A stretch of DNA of 61,288 bases, filler included. It is 4 parts of 4 records of this genome, joined end to end, with 100 filler letters (N's around TTAATTAATTAA, not from the genome) between each part and the next. Parts side by side here need not be neighbours in the genome. Positions count along the whole stretch, not along the records: positions 1 to 22,503 come from SRR31156797_11099; 3 more parts are not named here. One strand, written 5' to 3'. Numbering within the stretch: the first letter of the stretch is position 1; every line of letters starts with the position of its first letter. Below the pieces are notes generated by a model that saw only the letters and a list, made by a program, of their open reading frames with translations, did not search any database and was not told where the DNA came from. The position numbers and the translations under genes are program-made. Shown one piece after another: positions 10,526 through 19,865 of the stretch.

Positions 10526-11230
10526 CTATTCGAAATGAAAAGAAAGAGTAATTATCTTAGAATTCATTCCTCGTATGGCATCAGTATAGCCTTCGTAACC
10601 GGGGTTCTCTATGTCATATTTATGATTTAAAATATCTCTTAAACCAATTGCAAATTTCAATTCTGTTGCTAATTTAAAATATGGCAAATAAAAATCAACA
10701 CCAGCTCCTAATTCCAAATAAAAATCGGTAGTATTCAATCGAATCAACATGTTATTATCCGGATCTAAAGCATCCTGAGACTGAACGTCAATTTTATAGC
10801 TGGCGCCACCAATTAAATAAGGGCGATAATTATTTAACCTTCGAGCTCGATACTTTAATAGTAATGGAAGATTAACTAATACAGATTCCACTGTTACTTC
10901 ATCTTGAGGCAAGTTTGAATATTTTATTGTTCTTTCACCAAATTCTAATCCTGGTAAAAATCGTAGCGACCAATTTTCATGCAAACGTAAATCGGATACA
11001 ATCCCAACCGAAAAGCCAGGAGAAAATACTACTTGCTCAGCTCTGGCATTTGACAATCCAGAATTATACAGCGCAAAATCCATATTATTTATCGCCAAAG
11101 TAAATCCAAAATGCAACCATTTCTGATCTACCTTTTGATAATTCAAGATACTTTCAGGATTATACCTGCTCTGCGAAAAGGCAGAAGACATGCTAATTAC
11201 GCATATGAGTATTAAGAGTATTTTTTTCAA
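10526..11230 (-). CDS. porT: Type IX secretion/gliding motility beta-barrel protein PorT/SprT
   Basis: Signal peptide; DQKWLHFGF, GFSVGIVSDLRL, LRFLPG, PYLIGG, GVDFYLPYFK, terminal FE; conserved neighbourhood with menG, trmH and tamL. Confidence 0.85.
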   Translation of the reverse strand: MKKILLILICVISMSSAFSQSRYNPESILNYQKVDQKWLHFGFTLAINNMDFALYNSGLSNARAEQVVFSPGFSVGIVSDLRLHENWSLRFLPGLEFGERTIKYSNLPQDEVTVESVLVNLPLLLKYRARRLNNYRPYLIGGASYKIDVQSQDALDPDNNMLIRLNTTDFYLELGAGVDFYLPYFKLATELKFAIGLRDILNHKYDIENPGYEGYTDAIRGMNSKIITLSFHFE

Positions 11231-11273
11231 GCCAGAGAATTTGGTTTTTATTATTAACCTAAAAAGACAAATT

Positions 11274-12002
11274 TTATTGTACAGGTTTCGTTCCTATATA
11301 AATTGATGCAATTCCAAAACTCAATTTAATTTGTTTTGTATCAATGAAGCCACACTCATTATATATCTTCAAAAAATCAGCTCCATCAGGAAAAGCATCC
11401 ACTGATTCCGGCAAATAAGTATATGCCGAAGAATCCTTCGAAACCATTTTACCCCAAAAAGGTAATATCCTGAAAAAATAAAAATTATAAATCTGTTTTA
11501 TTGGAAAATTTCTAGGTTTCGAAAATTCAAGAATCACAACTTTTCCTCCGGGACGTACAACTCTATTCATCTCACTTAATCCCTTTTCAAGATTCTCAAA
11601 ATTACGTACACCAAAAGCCACTGTAATGGCATCAAAAGAGTTGTCTTCAAATTGGATATTTTCCGAATCACCTTCAAACAATTCGATCTTATCCGAAAGG
11701 TTTTTCTTCGCAATTTTTTCTCTCCCAACTGCAAGCATTTCAGTAGAAATATCAATACCTACAACTTTGTCAGGATTCAATTTTAAATTTGCAAGTGCAA
11801 AATCTCCAGTTCCCGTAGCAATATCTAATATTCTTTTGGGCTGCAATGGCTTAAGCAGTTTCACCGCTTTTTTTCGCCATAGTTTATCGATTCCCATAGA
11901 AAGAACATGATTCAGAAAATCGTACTTTCTAGCAATATTATTAAACATCAAGGCAACTTGAGCCTTCTTTCCTTTATCTAACTCTTTATACGGATTTACC
12001 AC
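11274..12002 (-). CDS. menG: Demethylmenaquinone methyltransferase UbiE/MenG
   Basis: [53 protein letters not shown]. Confidence 0.93.
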   Translation of the reverse strand: MVNPYKELDKGKKAQVALMFNNIARKYDFLNHVLSMGIDKLWRKKAVKLLKPLQPKRILDIATGTGDFALANLKLNPDKVVGIDISTEMLAVGREKIAKKNLSDKIELFEGDSENIQFEDNSFDAITVAFGVRNFENLEKGLSEMNRVVRPGGKVVILEFSKPRNFPIKQIYNFYFFRILPFWGKMVSKDSSAYTYLPESVDAFPDGADFLKIYNECGFIDTKQIKLSFGIASIYIGTKPVQ

Positions 12003-12080
12003 GGGTAAATTTTAATCGGTTACTAAAAAAAATAGCGATCGCGAATTTCTATCACGACCGCACAAATATAATGAATGAAA

Positions 12081-12109
12081 AACAAAGAACCATTAATCAG
12101 TTCTTTGTT
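12081..12109 (-). terminator. Hairpin terminator after the PurL-like gene
   Basis: aacaaagaac/gttctttgtt 10-bp inverted repeat just past the stop at 12138. Confidence 0.55.
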
Positions 12110-12137
12110 CTCTTATTAATCTGAAAACTAAAGTTAA

Positions 12138-14291
12138 TTAGTTCGTTGTATTCTTGTGGTAAATCTTTTTATATTCATCAATGTAACCATAGGAAATATC
12201 ATCAATTCTAAGTTCACTCTTGGTTACATGTCCTAAAGTTGAAAATGGTAATCCACTCTCCATCATGGCATCTACGAAATCATCTTCATTTTCCATCGAA
12301 ACAGATACAACTACACGTCCTTGAGCTTCTCCAAACAAAAAGGCATCCTTTCTAACTTCAGCAGGTGATGTAATATCAAATCCCAAACCTAATGGCATTG
12401 CTGATTCTATTAAATTAAAGAATAAACCACCTCTCTCCACACTATGAGCAGAACAAACTAGTTTTGAAGAAATTAATTTTTCCACAACAGCATTAATTGC
12501 TTTTTCTTCATTTAAATCAAAATGTGGCACTCCTACTTCACACTTTTTATGAAAAGAGCATAAATATTCAGAACCGGCTATATCATTTCTTGATTTCCCA
12601 ATTATAAAAATCATATCACCTTTATTTCTAAAAATATAGGACATGTGATTTTCTTTTGATGACAATAGTCCCATCATTGCAATAACCGGAGTTGGATTAA
12701 TAGCCTTTCTTTTTCCTAAAACAGAGCTCTCATTATAAAAGCTAACATTACCTCCAACAACCGGAGTTTTAAAGGAACTACTTGCTTTGGTAATCCCTTT
12801 AATCGTTTCAACAAACTGAGAATAAACATCCTCTTCAAGAGGACTTCCAAAATTCAAGCAATCATTAAAAGCCAAAGGTTTACCTCCCGAACAAATGATT
12901 CTACGAACCGCTCTGGCTACATTTATTTGTGCACCAACATACGGATCATTATACGCATACACTGAATTTCCGGATACTGTAAAACAAATTGATTTATTAT
13001 CCGATCCCAAAGATGATATCTGAGCATCGGAAGGAGAACTATGGCGTTCCTCAATTTGACCTTGATAGTATTCTTTTACAACCAAATTGGCATTGTTTAC
13101 CATCTTATTAATCACCTTCCAATAATTATCTGGCTCAGGTATATTTTCAAGGTAATTAATTGATGAATCATTCGTTAAAGAATGATATTTTCGTTCCACT
13201 TGAGGTGCTCCATAATCCATCACCAAATTTTCACCAAAAAACTCTGCAACCACCTCTGAATTCTCAAAAACACGTATGGTTTTCTTATCAGTTACAAAAC
13301 CAATTTCTTCACATAAAATATTAAATTCTTTAAAGGTGGAAGAAACCAAACTAGCATGTTCCTTATCAATTACCAACAAAAGCCTTTCCTGTGTCCGAGA
13401 CAACAATACTTGCTCAATTCTCATTCCCTCCTGACTTAGAGGGACCTTGTTCAAATCAATATCAAGTCCTGCTTTTGCAAATGCACTAATTTTAGAACAA
13501 GCACTAATAATACCTGCCACATCCATATTTTCAATTCGAACGATAGCATCCTGTTTATTAAGCTTAACAATTGCCTCAATTAAGGAATTACCCAAACTAG
13601 GATTTCCTTTTGGGATAGTGAAATTTTCATCCTGCCCCATAACCCCTTCCGATCCGGTAGGAGTTCCTACAATAAAAATCAGTTGACCTAGATTTACTTT
13701 TCTTTTATAAATTAATTTATCCCTATTAACAATCCCGGCAACCATTACATTTACCAATGGATTTGTATCGTAAGTTGAATTGTAAAAAATCTCACTTCCG
13801 ATATCTTCCATGTAAAGAACATTCGAATAATCATGAATTCCTTTTACAATTTCATCCATTAACCATTTAGTTCTATCCAAAGAGGCATCTCCAAATCGTA
13901 AAGAATTCATCACGACCATTGGTTTTGCACCAAGAGATACAACATCCCTACAAACATCTCCCACACACGTAGCAGCTCCCTGGTAAGGATCAATTCCTGA
14001 TGGATGATTGTGAGTTCCCATTTTAAAAACACATAATTCACCATTACCTAAATCAACAACACCAGCACTAGATTCTCTCGCACCAGAAATTATGTGATCT
14101 CCCTGATTTGGTAATGAATTAAGCCATGCCGAAGAGCTTTTATAGGATACATTCTCAGACCACATGACAGAATAAATTTGTAACTCAAGCAAATTTGGGG
14201 CTCTCCCCAACCCTTCAGCTATAATTTCAAATGCGTCTTTTGTAATTCCAAGATCCTCTGCTAATTGAATTGAAACCTCCTGTTTTTCCAT
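12138..14291 (-). CDS. PurL (FGAM synthase small-PurL type) paralogue with degenerate catalytic motifs
   Basis: Full-length PurL architecture (MWSE..SYKSS, HNHPS..DPYQGAAT, NSLRFG, DCLNFGSP, GGNVSFYNE, LFGE.QGR) but many active-site substitutions; see findings. Confidence 0.85.
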   Translation of the reverse strand: MEKQEVSIQLAEDLGITKDAFEIIAEGLGRAPNLLELQIYSVMWSENVSYKSSSAWLNSLPNQGDHIISGARESSAGVVDLGNGELCVFKMGTHNHPSGIDPYQGAATCVGDVCRDVVSLGAKPMVVMNSLRFGDASLDRTKWLMDEIVKGIHDYSNVLYMEDIGSEIFYNSTYDTNPLVNVMVAGIVNRDKLIYKRKVNLGQLIFIVGTPTGSEGVMGQDENFTIPKGNPSLGNSLIEAIVKLNKQDAIVRIENMDVAGIISACSKISAFAKAGLDIDLNKVPLSQEGMRIEQVLLSRTQERLLLVIDKEHASLVSSTFKEFNILCEEIGFVTDKKTIRVFENSEVVAEFFGENLVMDYGAPQVERKYHSLTNDSSINYLENIPEPDNYWKVINKMVNNANLVVKEYYQGQIEERHSSPSDAQISSLGSDNKSICFTVSGNSVYAYNDPYVGAQINVARAVRRIICSGGKPLAFNDCLNFGSPLEEDVYSQFVETIKGITKASSSFKTPVVGGNVSFYNESSVLGKRKAINPTPVIAMMGLLSSKENHMSYIFRNKGDMIFIIGKSRNDIAGSEYLCSFHKKCEVGVPHFDLNEEKAINAVVEKLISSKLVCSAHSVERGGLFFNLIESAMPLGLGFDITSPAEVRKDAFLFGEAQGRVVVSVSMENEDDFVDAMMESGLPFSTLGHVTKSELRIDDISYGYIDEYKKIYHKNTTN

Positions 14292-14446
14292 GGTGCAAGA
14301 TTTTAGGTAATGAATATTTTAAATTTAAAAAAAATTAGATAGGAACACGAATTATCACCTTAGTTTTTACCTTTACTAAGCGAATTAAAATCAATTTGAA
14401 ATTGATAAAATAGACTCAAACACATCATAAAAATCACAAAATACAA

Positions 14447-15205
14447 ATGAATAAAATTGCCTTTATAACAGGAGCTACAGCTGGCATTGGCGAGGCTTGT
14501 GCAATAAATCTTGCCAAAGCAGGATTTGATTTGATTATTTCTGGAAGAAGACAAGAAAATCTAGTTCAATTGGAAAAGAAACTTACTTCAGAAAACAATT
14601 GTAAGGTTTTTAGCTTAGTTTTAGATGTTCGAAACCAAGACGAAGTAGATCAAAAAATAAATTCGCTTCCTGAAGAATGGAAAAACATCGATTTACTTGT
14701 TAACAATGCTGGTCTGGCTGTTGGTGTTACAGCTATTCAGGATGGAATTATAGATGATTGGGAACGAATGATTGACACCAACATTAAAGGGTTACTATAC
14801 ATTACCCGTTCTGTTAGCCCATTAATGATTGAACGAAGTCAAGGTCATATTATTAATATCACTTCAATTGCAGGAAAGGAAGTATATCCTGGAGGAAATG
14901 TATACTGTGCAACCAAGCATGCAGTAGATGCCTTAACTAAAGGGATGAGAATAGATTTACTACCTCATAATATTAAGGTTTCTTCAATAGCTCCTGGCAT
15001 GGTAGAAACGGAATTCTCTCTTGTTCGATTTAAAGGTGATGAAAAAAAAGCGGATCAGGTTTACAAAGGGTTTACACCTTTATATGCAAAAGATATTGCC
15101 GAAACTGTTGAATTTGTTGCTACTCGTCCGGCTCATGTAAATATTAATGATATTTTGATAATGCCTACGGCACAAGCTTCAGCTCGTGATGTATTAAAAA
15201 AGTAA
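14447..15205 (+). CDS. Short-chain dehydrogenase/reductase, YdfG-like
   Basis: TGATAGIG, LVNNAG, YPGGNVYCATK, RPAHVNIN..MPTAQ. Confidence 0.9.
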   Translation: MNKIAFITGATAGIGEACAINLAKAGFDLIISGRRQENLVQLEKKLTSENNCKVFSLVLDVRNQDEVDQKINSLPEEWKNIDLLVNNAGLAVGVTAIQDGIIDDWERMIDTNIKGLLYITRSVSPLMIERSQGHIINITSIAGKEVYPGGNVYCATKHAVDALTKGMRIDLLPHNIKVSSIAPGMVETEFSLVRFKGDEKKADQVYKGFTPLYAKDIAETVEFVATRPAHVNINDILIMPTAQASARDVLKK

Positions 15206-15206
15206 A

Positions 15207-15857
15207 CTATTTAATCTTGGCTATTTCTTCCGATTCAACGATCCAACGTCCGGGACAAAATTGCTTTGATTTCTGGTGAATTATTTTCGATAATTGTTTA
15301 CCTGTAACGGCTACAATTCTATTTAATTTACCCACAAATAAAAATCTAAAATTTCGACTGATCCAGGCAGCAAAGCTCTCGAACAGTCGAAATTCTTTTC
15401 TACCTCCATATATAACTGATGGTCTGTAAATAACCACAGTTGGAAAATCAAGTGAATTAATGAAATTTTCAGCCTCTCCTTTTACCCTTTGATAAAAGAA
15501 ATAGGATTCCGGATTTGCTCCAATTGCACTAATTAGCTGAAAACTTTTCACTTCCCTTAATTCGCAGAACTTAGCAAATCGAGTAATGTATTCGAAATCT
15601 ACCTTGTAAAAATTTTCTTTGCTTTGAGCCTTCTTTATTGTCGTTCCAAGACAACAATAAGCAATATCAATATTTTCTGGAATATCTATTGAATCTAAAT
15701 GATCAAAATCTACAACAATTTGAATGAGCTTTTCGTGTTTTACATTCAAATGCTTACGAACCAATGCATAAATTTGGATACAATCATCATCGGCAATTAA
15801 CCTTTTAAGTAATTTTTTGCCTGTAAAACCTGTAGCGCCACCTATAACTGCATTCAT
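15207..15857 (-). CDS. NAD(P)-binding Rossmann protein (YraR/CC3-like atypical SDR)
   Basis: GGATGFTG, CCLGTTIKKAQS..F.KVDFEY, ISAIGAN...FFYQRVKGEAE, YRPS. Confidence 0.85.
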   Translation of the reverse strand: MNAVIGGATGFTGKKLLKRLIADDDCIQIYALVRKHLNVKHEKLIQIVVDFDHLDSIDIPENIDIAYCCLGTTIKKAQSKENFYKVDFEYITRFAKFCELREVKSFQLISAIGANPESYFFYQRVKGEAENFINSLDFPTVVIYRPSVIYGGRKEFRLFESFAAWISRNFRFLFVGKLNRIVAVTGKQLSKIIHQKSKQFCPGRWIVESEEIAKIK

Positions 15858-15880
15858 TTTAATATTTTAAGTGAATCGAT

Positions 15881-18796
15881 TTATAATTTTAAAAATAATT
15901 TGATTTTTTCAATTAATATGTCTTTTCGAATTGGTTTTGACACATAATCATCAAAACCTTGTTCTATCGCCTTATCTTTATCTCCATCCATTGCATAAGC
16001 GGTTTGTGCTATAATAGGTAAATTTGGTCGTAATTTTTTGATTTCTTTGGTGGCCTCCATACCATTCATTAAAGGCATTCGAATATCCATTAAAACCAAA
16101 TCAATACTTGTATTCTCAGCACACATATTGATTGCCTCTTCTCCATTCTCAGCTCTAATAACTTTATAATTATTTCTTTTTAAAATTGCCTGTATCAATC
16201 TATAATTTGAACTCTCATCTTCTGCAACTAAAATGGTTTTATCCACTTTAACTTCACCCTTCTCACCATACATTTTACTCACTGTTTTTTCCGTTTTAGA
16301 AATCACACAATTCAAAACAACAGAAAAAGTTGATCCTTCATTTGTTTCAGGCTCAACTTGAATCGTTCCTCCCAACATGTCAACAATTTTTTTAGATATT
16401 GCCAAACCCATTCCTGTTCCTCCAAACGTCCTTGTTATTGAATCATCAGCTTGTCGAAATCGATCAAAAATAACATCCTTCATTTTCTTATCAATTCCAA
16501 CTCCACTATCTTTTATATACAATTTAAGATTATCATCTTTCATTCTGTAACCAAATTCTACAAATCCTTCATTCGTAAATTTTAATCCGTTACCAAATAA
16601 ATTCAACATAACCTGCAATAACCTTTGAAAATCCGTTTTAACCAAAATTCTACTGTAATTGGGGTCAGGAGAAAATCTTAATTTTAATCTTTCTTTATTT
16701 TTCTGAATTTGCTTTTCTCGAGCCTGTTTTTTTATTTCTTCTAAAAAATTGATCATTAAAAATTCTTCCTCAACCAACTGCATACCACCACCTTCAATTA
16801 AGGTGAAACTTAAAATATCCTCAATAATTCCAAGCAACTGATTTCCACTTCTATTAATCAAATTTACAAACTCCATTAATTCTCCTATAGACATGGAATC
16901 ATTACACAAATTGGAAAATCCAATTACAGCATTCAATGGTGTTCTTAATTCATGAGACATATTTGCTAAAAAAGCTGTCTTTAATCTATCCGATTCCTCT
17001 GCTTTATTTTTAGCCTCTAATAAATCTTTCTCAAATTTCTTACTCTTACTAATATCTTCTTTTATTGCCAAATAATGAGTAATATTTCCAAACTCATCTT
17101 TTATTGCCGTAAAGGAAGCTCTTTCCCAATACAATTCTTTATTCTTTCTTACATTTAAAAATTCTCCTGTCCACTCGTTGCCTTTGCTAATGGTTGCCCA
17201 CATTTTTTCATACACCTCATTTGGTGTAAATCCTGATTTTAAAATTCTAGGATTTTTTCCTATTAATTCTTGGGAACTGTAGCCTGAAATCGAACAAAAC
17301 TTTGGATTTACATATTCAATATCACCATTAAGATCGGTAATGATAATTGAAGCAGGACTTTGCTCCATTGAACCATGAAGCATTTTTAATTCCAATTCAC
17401 TTTTCTTTTTTATTACTCCTGCAGCCAATTGCTTCGATAACACTTCAAGTAATTCCAAACTTTCCTTATTTAATTTGGTTGAACTTTTTAGAGAACATAC
17501 TCCAAATACACCTAATATTAGCCCTTTGTCAATCAAAGGAAACCCAAGCCACATTTTAGGGCAAGTACCAATTTTTAACCTATTTGACGATACCGAATCT
17601 TTTACTTCATCATCAACTATGTAGGTTTTTTCTTTCTCTTTAAGTACTATATAGCTCAATGACTCTCTAAATTGAATTTTTTTGTAATCATTTTCTCCTT
17701 GCTGGAAGGATCTAAAACCTTTTTTATTAGGAGAAATTAAATCCAAGAACAATTGTCCACTTCCTATTATCGGTTCCAATTGATCTCCAATTTTATATAT
17801 CATCTCTATTGATGTGGATGCAGAATTTAATATTTCCGAAACCTCCAGCATAATTTGCTGTCTTTTTTGATTCCAAACCTGTTCAGATAAATTTCGATAT
17901 ATCGCATGAACAGCGACCTGATTATCTCCCAAAAGAACTGGTTTACCCGAAACTTCTACGTGAATTTGTTTTCCAGATTTAGTCTGCCGAATTGTGGTAA
18001 GTTCAATTAACTTACCTTCTGCAGCATCTTTTGTAGCACCTTCTCCTTCACTCTTAAAATTTTCAGGCACTATTAAATCATTGATCAGTTTCGAATCAGC
18101 CTCTTCCCTGGTATACTCAAACAATCTCTCAAATTCACGATTTATTTTAATAACCCGATCTTTATTGTCTAAAATCACAATTGCATTCGGAGAATTTTCA
18201 AAAAGATTCTCGAAAAATGATTTCTGTAAATTTAATTCTTCGGTTGCTTTAATATTTTCCTTTATCTTCTCCTTCAAATCAAAAGTAGAATTCAATTGAG
18301 AAGATAAAATCTTAGTAAATCGAATAGCTCTATATTTATTAAGGTCGGCAATTTTTAACGTGATAGTCTTATCATCTTTTAAATCATCTGTATCTAAAAA
18401 ATACCCACCATACACAACAAATCCATATATTCTATTCTTAAGGAAAACAGGCAAACAAACTACTCTTGCTCCGGTTGATGACTTTAGTTCAAAAACTTCT
18501 TGCTTTGTACGTGCAAAATCGGTTGTATATATCTTTAATAATCCCTTAAATCCATCATCTAATTGTTCTATAAGATTCAAATCGTTCAAATCAGCACGTT
18601 TAGGTGCTGTATTATCAGAATAATCAATAAAAATACATGGAGAATTACTTAAATATGCAAAATCAGAAATCATACCTTCCAAATCAACAGCAAGATCTTC
18701 ATTCAATGAGCATTGTAAATTAACTGACTCAATTTCATGAACCGATATAGGGGATTTATCATTTATCATAGACAATGAAATGGTTTTTTTTATCAA
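15881..18796 (-). CDS. Cytoplasmic hybrid sensor kinase (PocR-like, PAS, GAF, PAS, HisKA, HATPase, REC)
   Basis: FLANMSHELRTPLNA H-box, NGLKFT, DSGVGI, GGTGMGLAI, LVAEDE..DLVLMDIRMP..KP receiver; no TM segments. Confidence 0.92.
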   Translation of the reverse strand: MIKKTISLSMINDKSPISVHEIESVNLQCSLNEDLAVDLEGMISDFAYLSNSPCIFIDYSDNTAPKRADLNDLNLIEQLDDGFKGLLKIYTTDFARTKQEVFELKSSTGARVVCLPVFLKNRIYGFVVYGGYFLDTDDLKDDKTITLKIADLNKYRAIRFTKILSSQLNSTFDLKEKIKENIKATEELNLQKSFFENLFENSPNAIVILDNKDRVIKINREFERLFEYTREEADSKLINDLIVPENFKSEGEGATKDAAEGKLIELTTIRQTKSGKQIHVEVSGKPVLLGDNQVAVHAIYRNLSEQVWNQKRQQIMLEVSEILNSASTSIEMIYKIGDQLEPIIGSGQLFLDLISPNKKGFRSFQQGENDYKKIQFRESLSYIVLKEKEKTYIVDDEVKDSVSSNRLKIGTCPKMWLGFPLIDKGLILGVFGVCSLKSSTKLNKESLELLEVLSKQLAAGVIKKKSELELKMLHGSMEQSPASIIITDLNGDIEYVNPKFCSISGYSSQELIGKNPRILKSGFTPNEVYEKMWATISKGNEWTGEFLNVRKNKELYWERASFTAIKDEFGNITHYLAIKEDISKSKKFEKDLLEAKNKAEESDRLKTAFLANMSHELRTPLNAVIGFSNLCNDSMSIGELMEFVNLINRSGNQLLGIIEDILSFTLIEGGGMQLVEEEFLMINFLEEIKKQAREKQIQKNKERLKLRFSPDPNYSRILVKTDFQRLLQVMLNLFGNGLKFTNEGFVEFGYRMKDDNLKLYIKDSGVGIDKKMKDVIFDRFRQADDSITRTFGGTGMGLAISKKIVDMLGGTIQVEPETNEGSTFSVVLNCVISKTEKTVSKMYGEKGEVKVDKTILVAEDESSNYRLIQAILKRNNYKVIRAENGEEAINMCAENTSIDLVLMDIRMPLMNGMEATKEIKKLRPNLPIIAQTAYAMDGDKDKAIEQGFDDYVSKPIRKDILIEKIKLFLKL

Positions 18797-19036
18797 TGGT
18801 TTCAGATTACTTATACATTAAAAATGATGATTGAGTTATGCTTTTAGCTCATTTTTTTTGCCCGCTGTGCAAGTAAAAATTATTATGCATATCAATAAGT
18901 AAAATTCAATTCATAAGCTTAATCAATTTTAAAAAAAACAATGCTAAATTCTCCTCACCTAATATCCTCATTATAATTCCAATTTTGAGACTGACTAAAA
19001 ATTTAATATTTTTGAGTATAGTATATACTTATTCAG

Positions 19037-19600
19037 ATGCATAAACTCATTGGTTTTAATATCAAACGAAACAAGAAACTCTTGGTTTCAGATATCATTA
19101 AGTTTTTCGAAGTAAGAGGCTACGAATTAACTGATGCTCATGCTGGGGGAATGACTTTTAAAAGAGGAAGTTTTCTAGGGAACATGACTTCGCTTACTCC
19201 TGAGAACTGGAAAACTAAGGTTGATCTCGAAATCATTAAGAAAGAACGTCTGGATTATAATATCTACGCAAATTATCATTTTAGTACATCCGGATTTTTC
19301 CGATCTAAGATAGAAGATAAGTATTACAATGAAGAAATTAATGCTTTTTCGAAAGCCATAGAAAACTTCGAAGTTGATTCAGAATATATTGAAGGTTTAG
19401 CTGTAAAAACAAATAAGAGCTATTTCAATCATATGCTCAGATCTCTAATATTTGGAATTCCTACAGCTTTTATTCTTGTATTTGCAATCAATCTATTAAT
19501 GAATGAAAGATTGCCAATTGTAGCTGCATTTTGCATTTCTATTTTTTCGATTCTGGTCTATTACGTTGTTTTTTCCAAATTTAGCTCGCCACAACAGTAA
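19037..19600 (+). CDS. Hypothetical membrane protein (soluble N-domain, two C-terminal TM helices)
   Basis: 187-aa ORF with two hydrophobic C-terminal segments; no family recognised. Confidence 0.7.
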   Translation: MHKLIGFNIKRNKKLLVSDIIKFFEVRGYELTDAHAGGMTFKRGSFLGNMTSLTPENWKTKVDLEIIKKERLDYNIYANYHFSTSGFFRSKIEDKYYNEEINAFSKAIENFEVDSEYIEGLAVKTNKSYFNHMLRSLIFGIPTAFILVFAINLLMNERLPIVAAFCISIFSILVYYVVFSKFSSPQQ

Positions 19601-19767
19601 ACCGAAACCACGTACCTTACTGTATTCATGAATCTTAACCCTTCACAAACAATACAGTATTCTCTTAATTTTAATGCAAATATATATTATTTTCAAACGT
19701 TTGCACCATGTTTTTAAACTTATTTCAAACGTATGCGTAATTCAAACTTTATTGATAGTTTTGAGGA

Positions 19768-19863
19768 ATCGATTAGAATCATAGTACTGATAAGAATCGC
19801 GACTAATAATTTGAAGTTTGATGTTTACAAAGACCGTTAGAACTCTGTTCTTCGGTCTTTTGT
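19768..19863 (+). ncRNA. Candidate ~95-nt small RNA
   Basis: TAGTTTTG (-7 consensus) at 19756-19763, no useful ORF, ends in the hairpin aaagaccg...cggtcttt plus T-run. The 5' end is estimated. Confidence 0.4.
19829..19863. terminator. Bidirectional intrinsic terminator
   Basis: aaagaccg-ttagaactctgttctt-cggtcttt with A/T runs on both sides; abuts the stop of the 19866..21617 gene. Confidence 0.7.
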
Positions 19864-19865
19864 TA

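Noticed and set aside
12024-12062. Hairpin plus T-run in the menG leader as a riboswitch/attenuator
   Set aside because: The predicted start downstream of TATATTTG (12063-12070) falls inside the stem's first arm, leaving no room for an aptamer; more likely a second terminator for upstream transcription.
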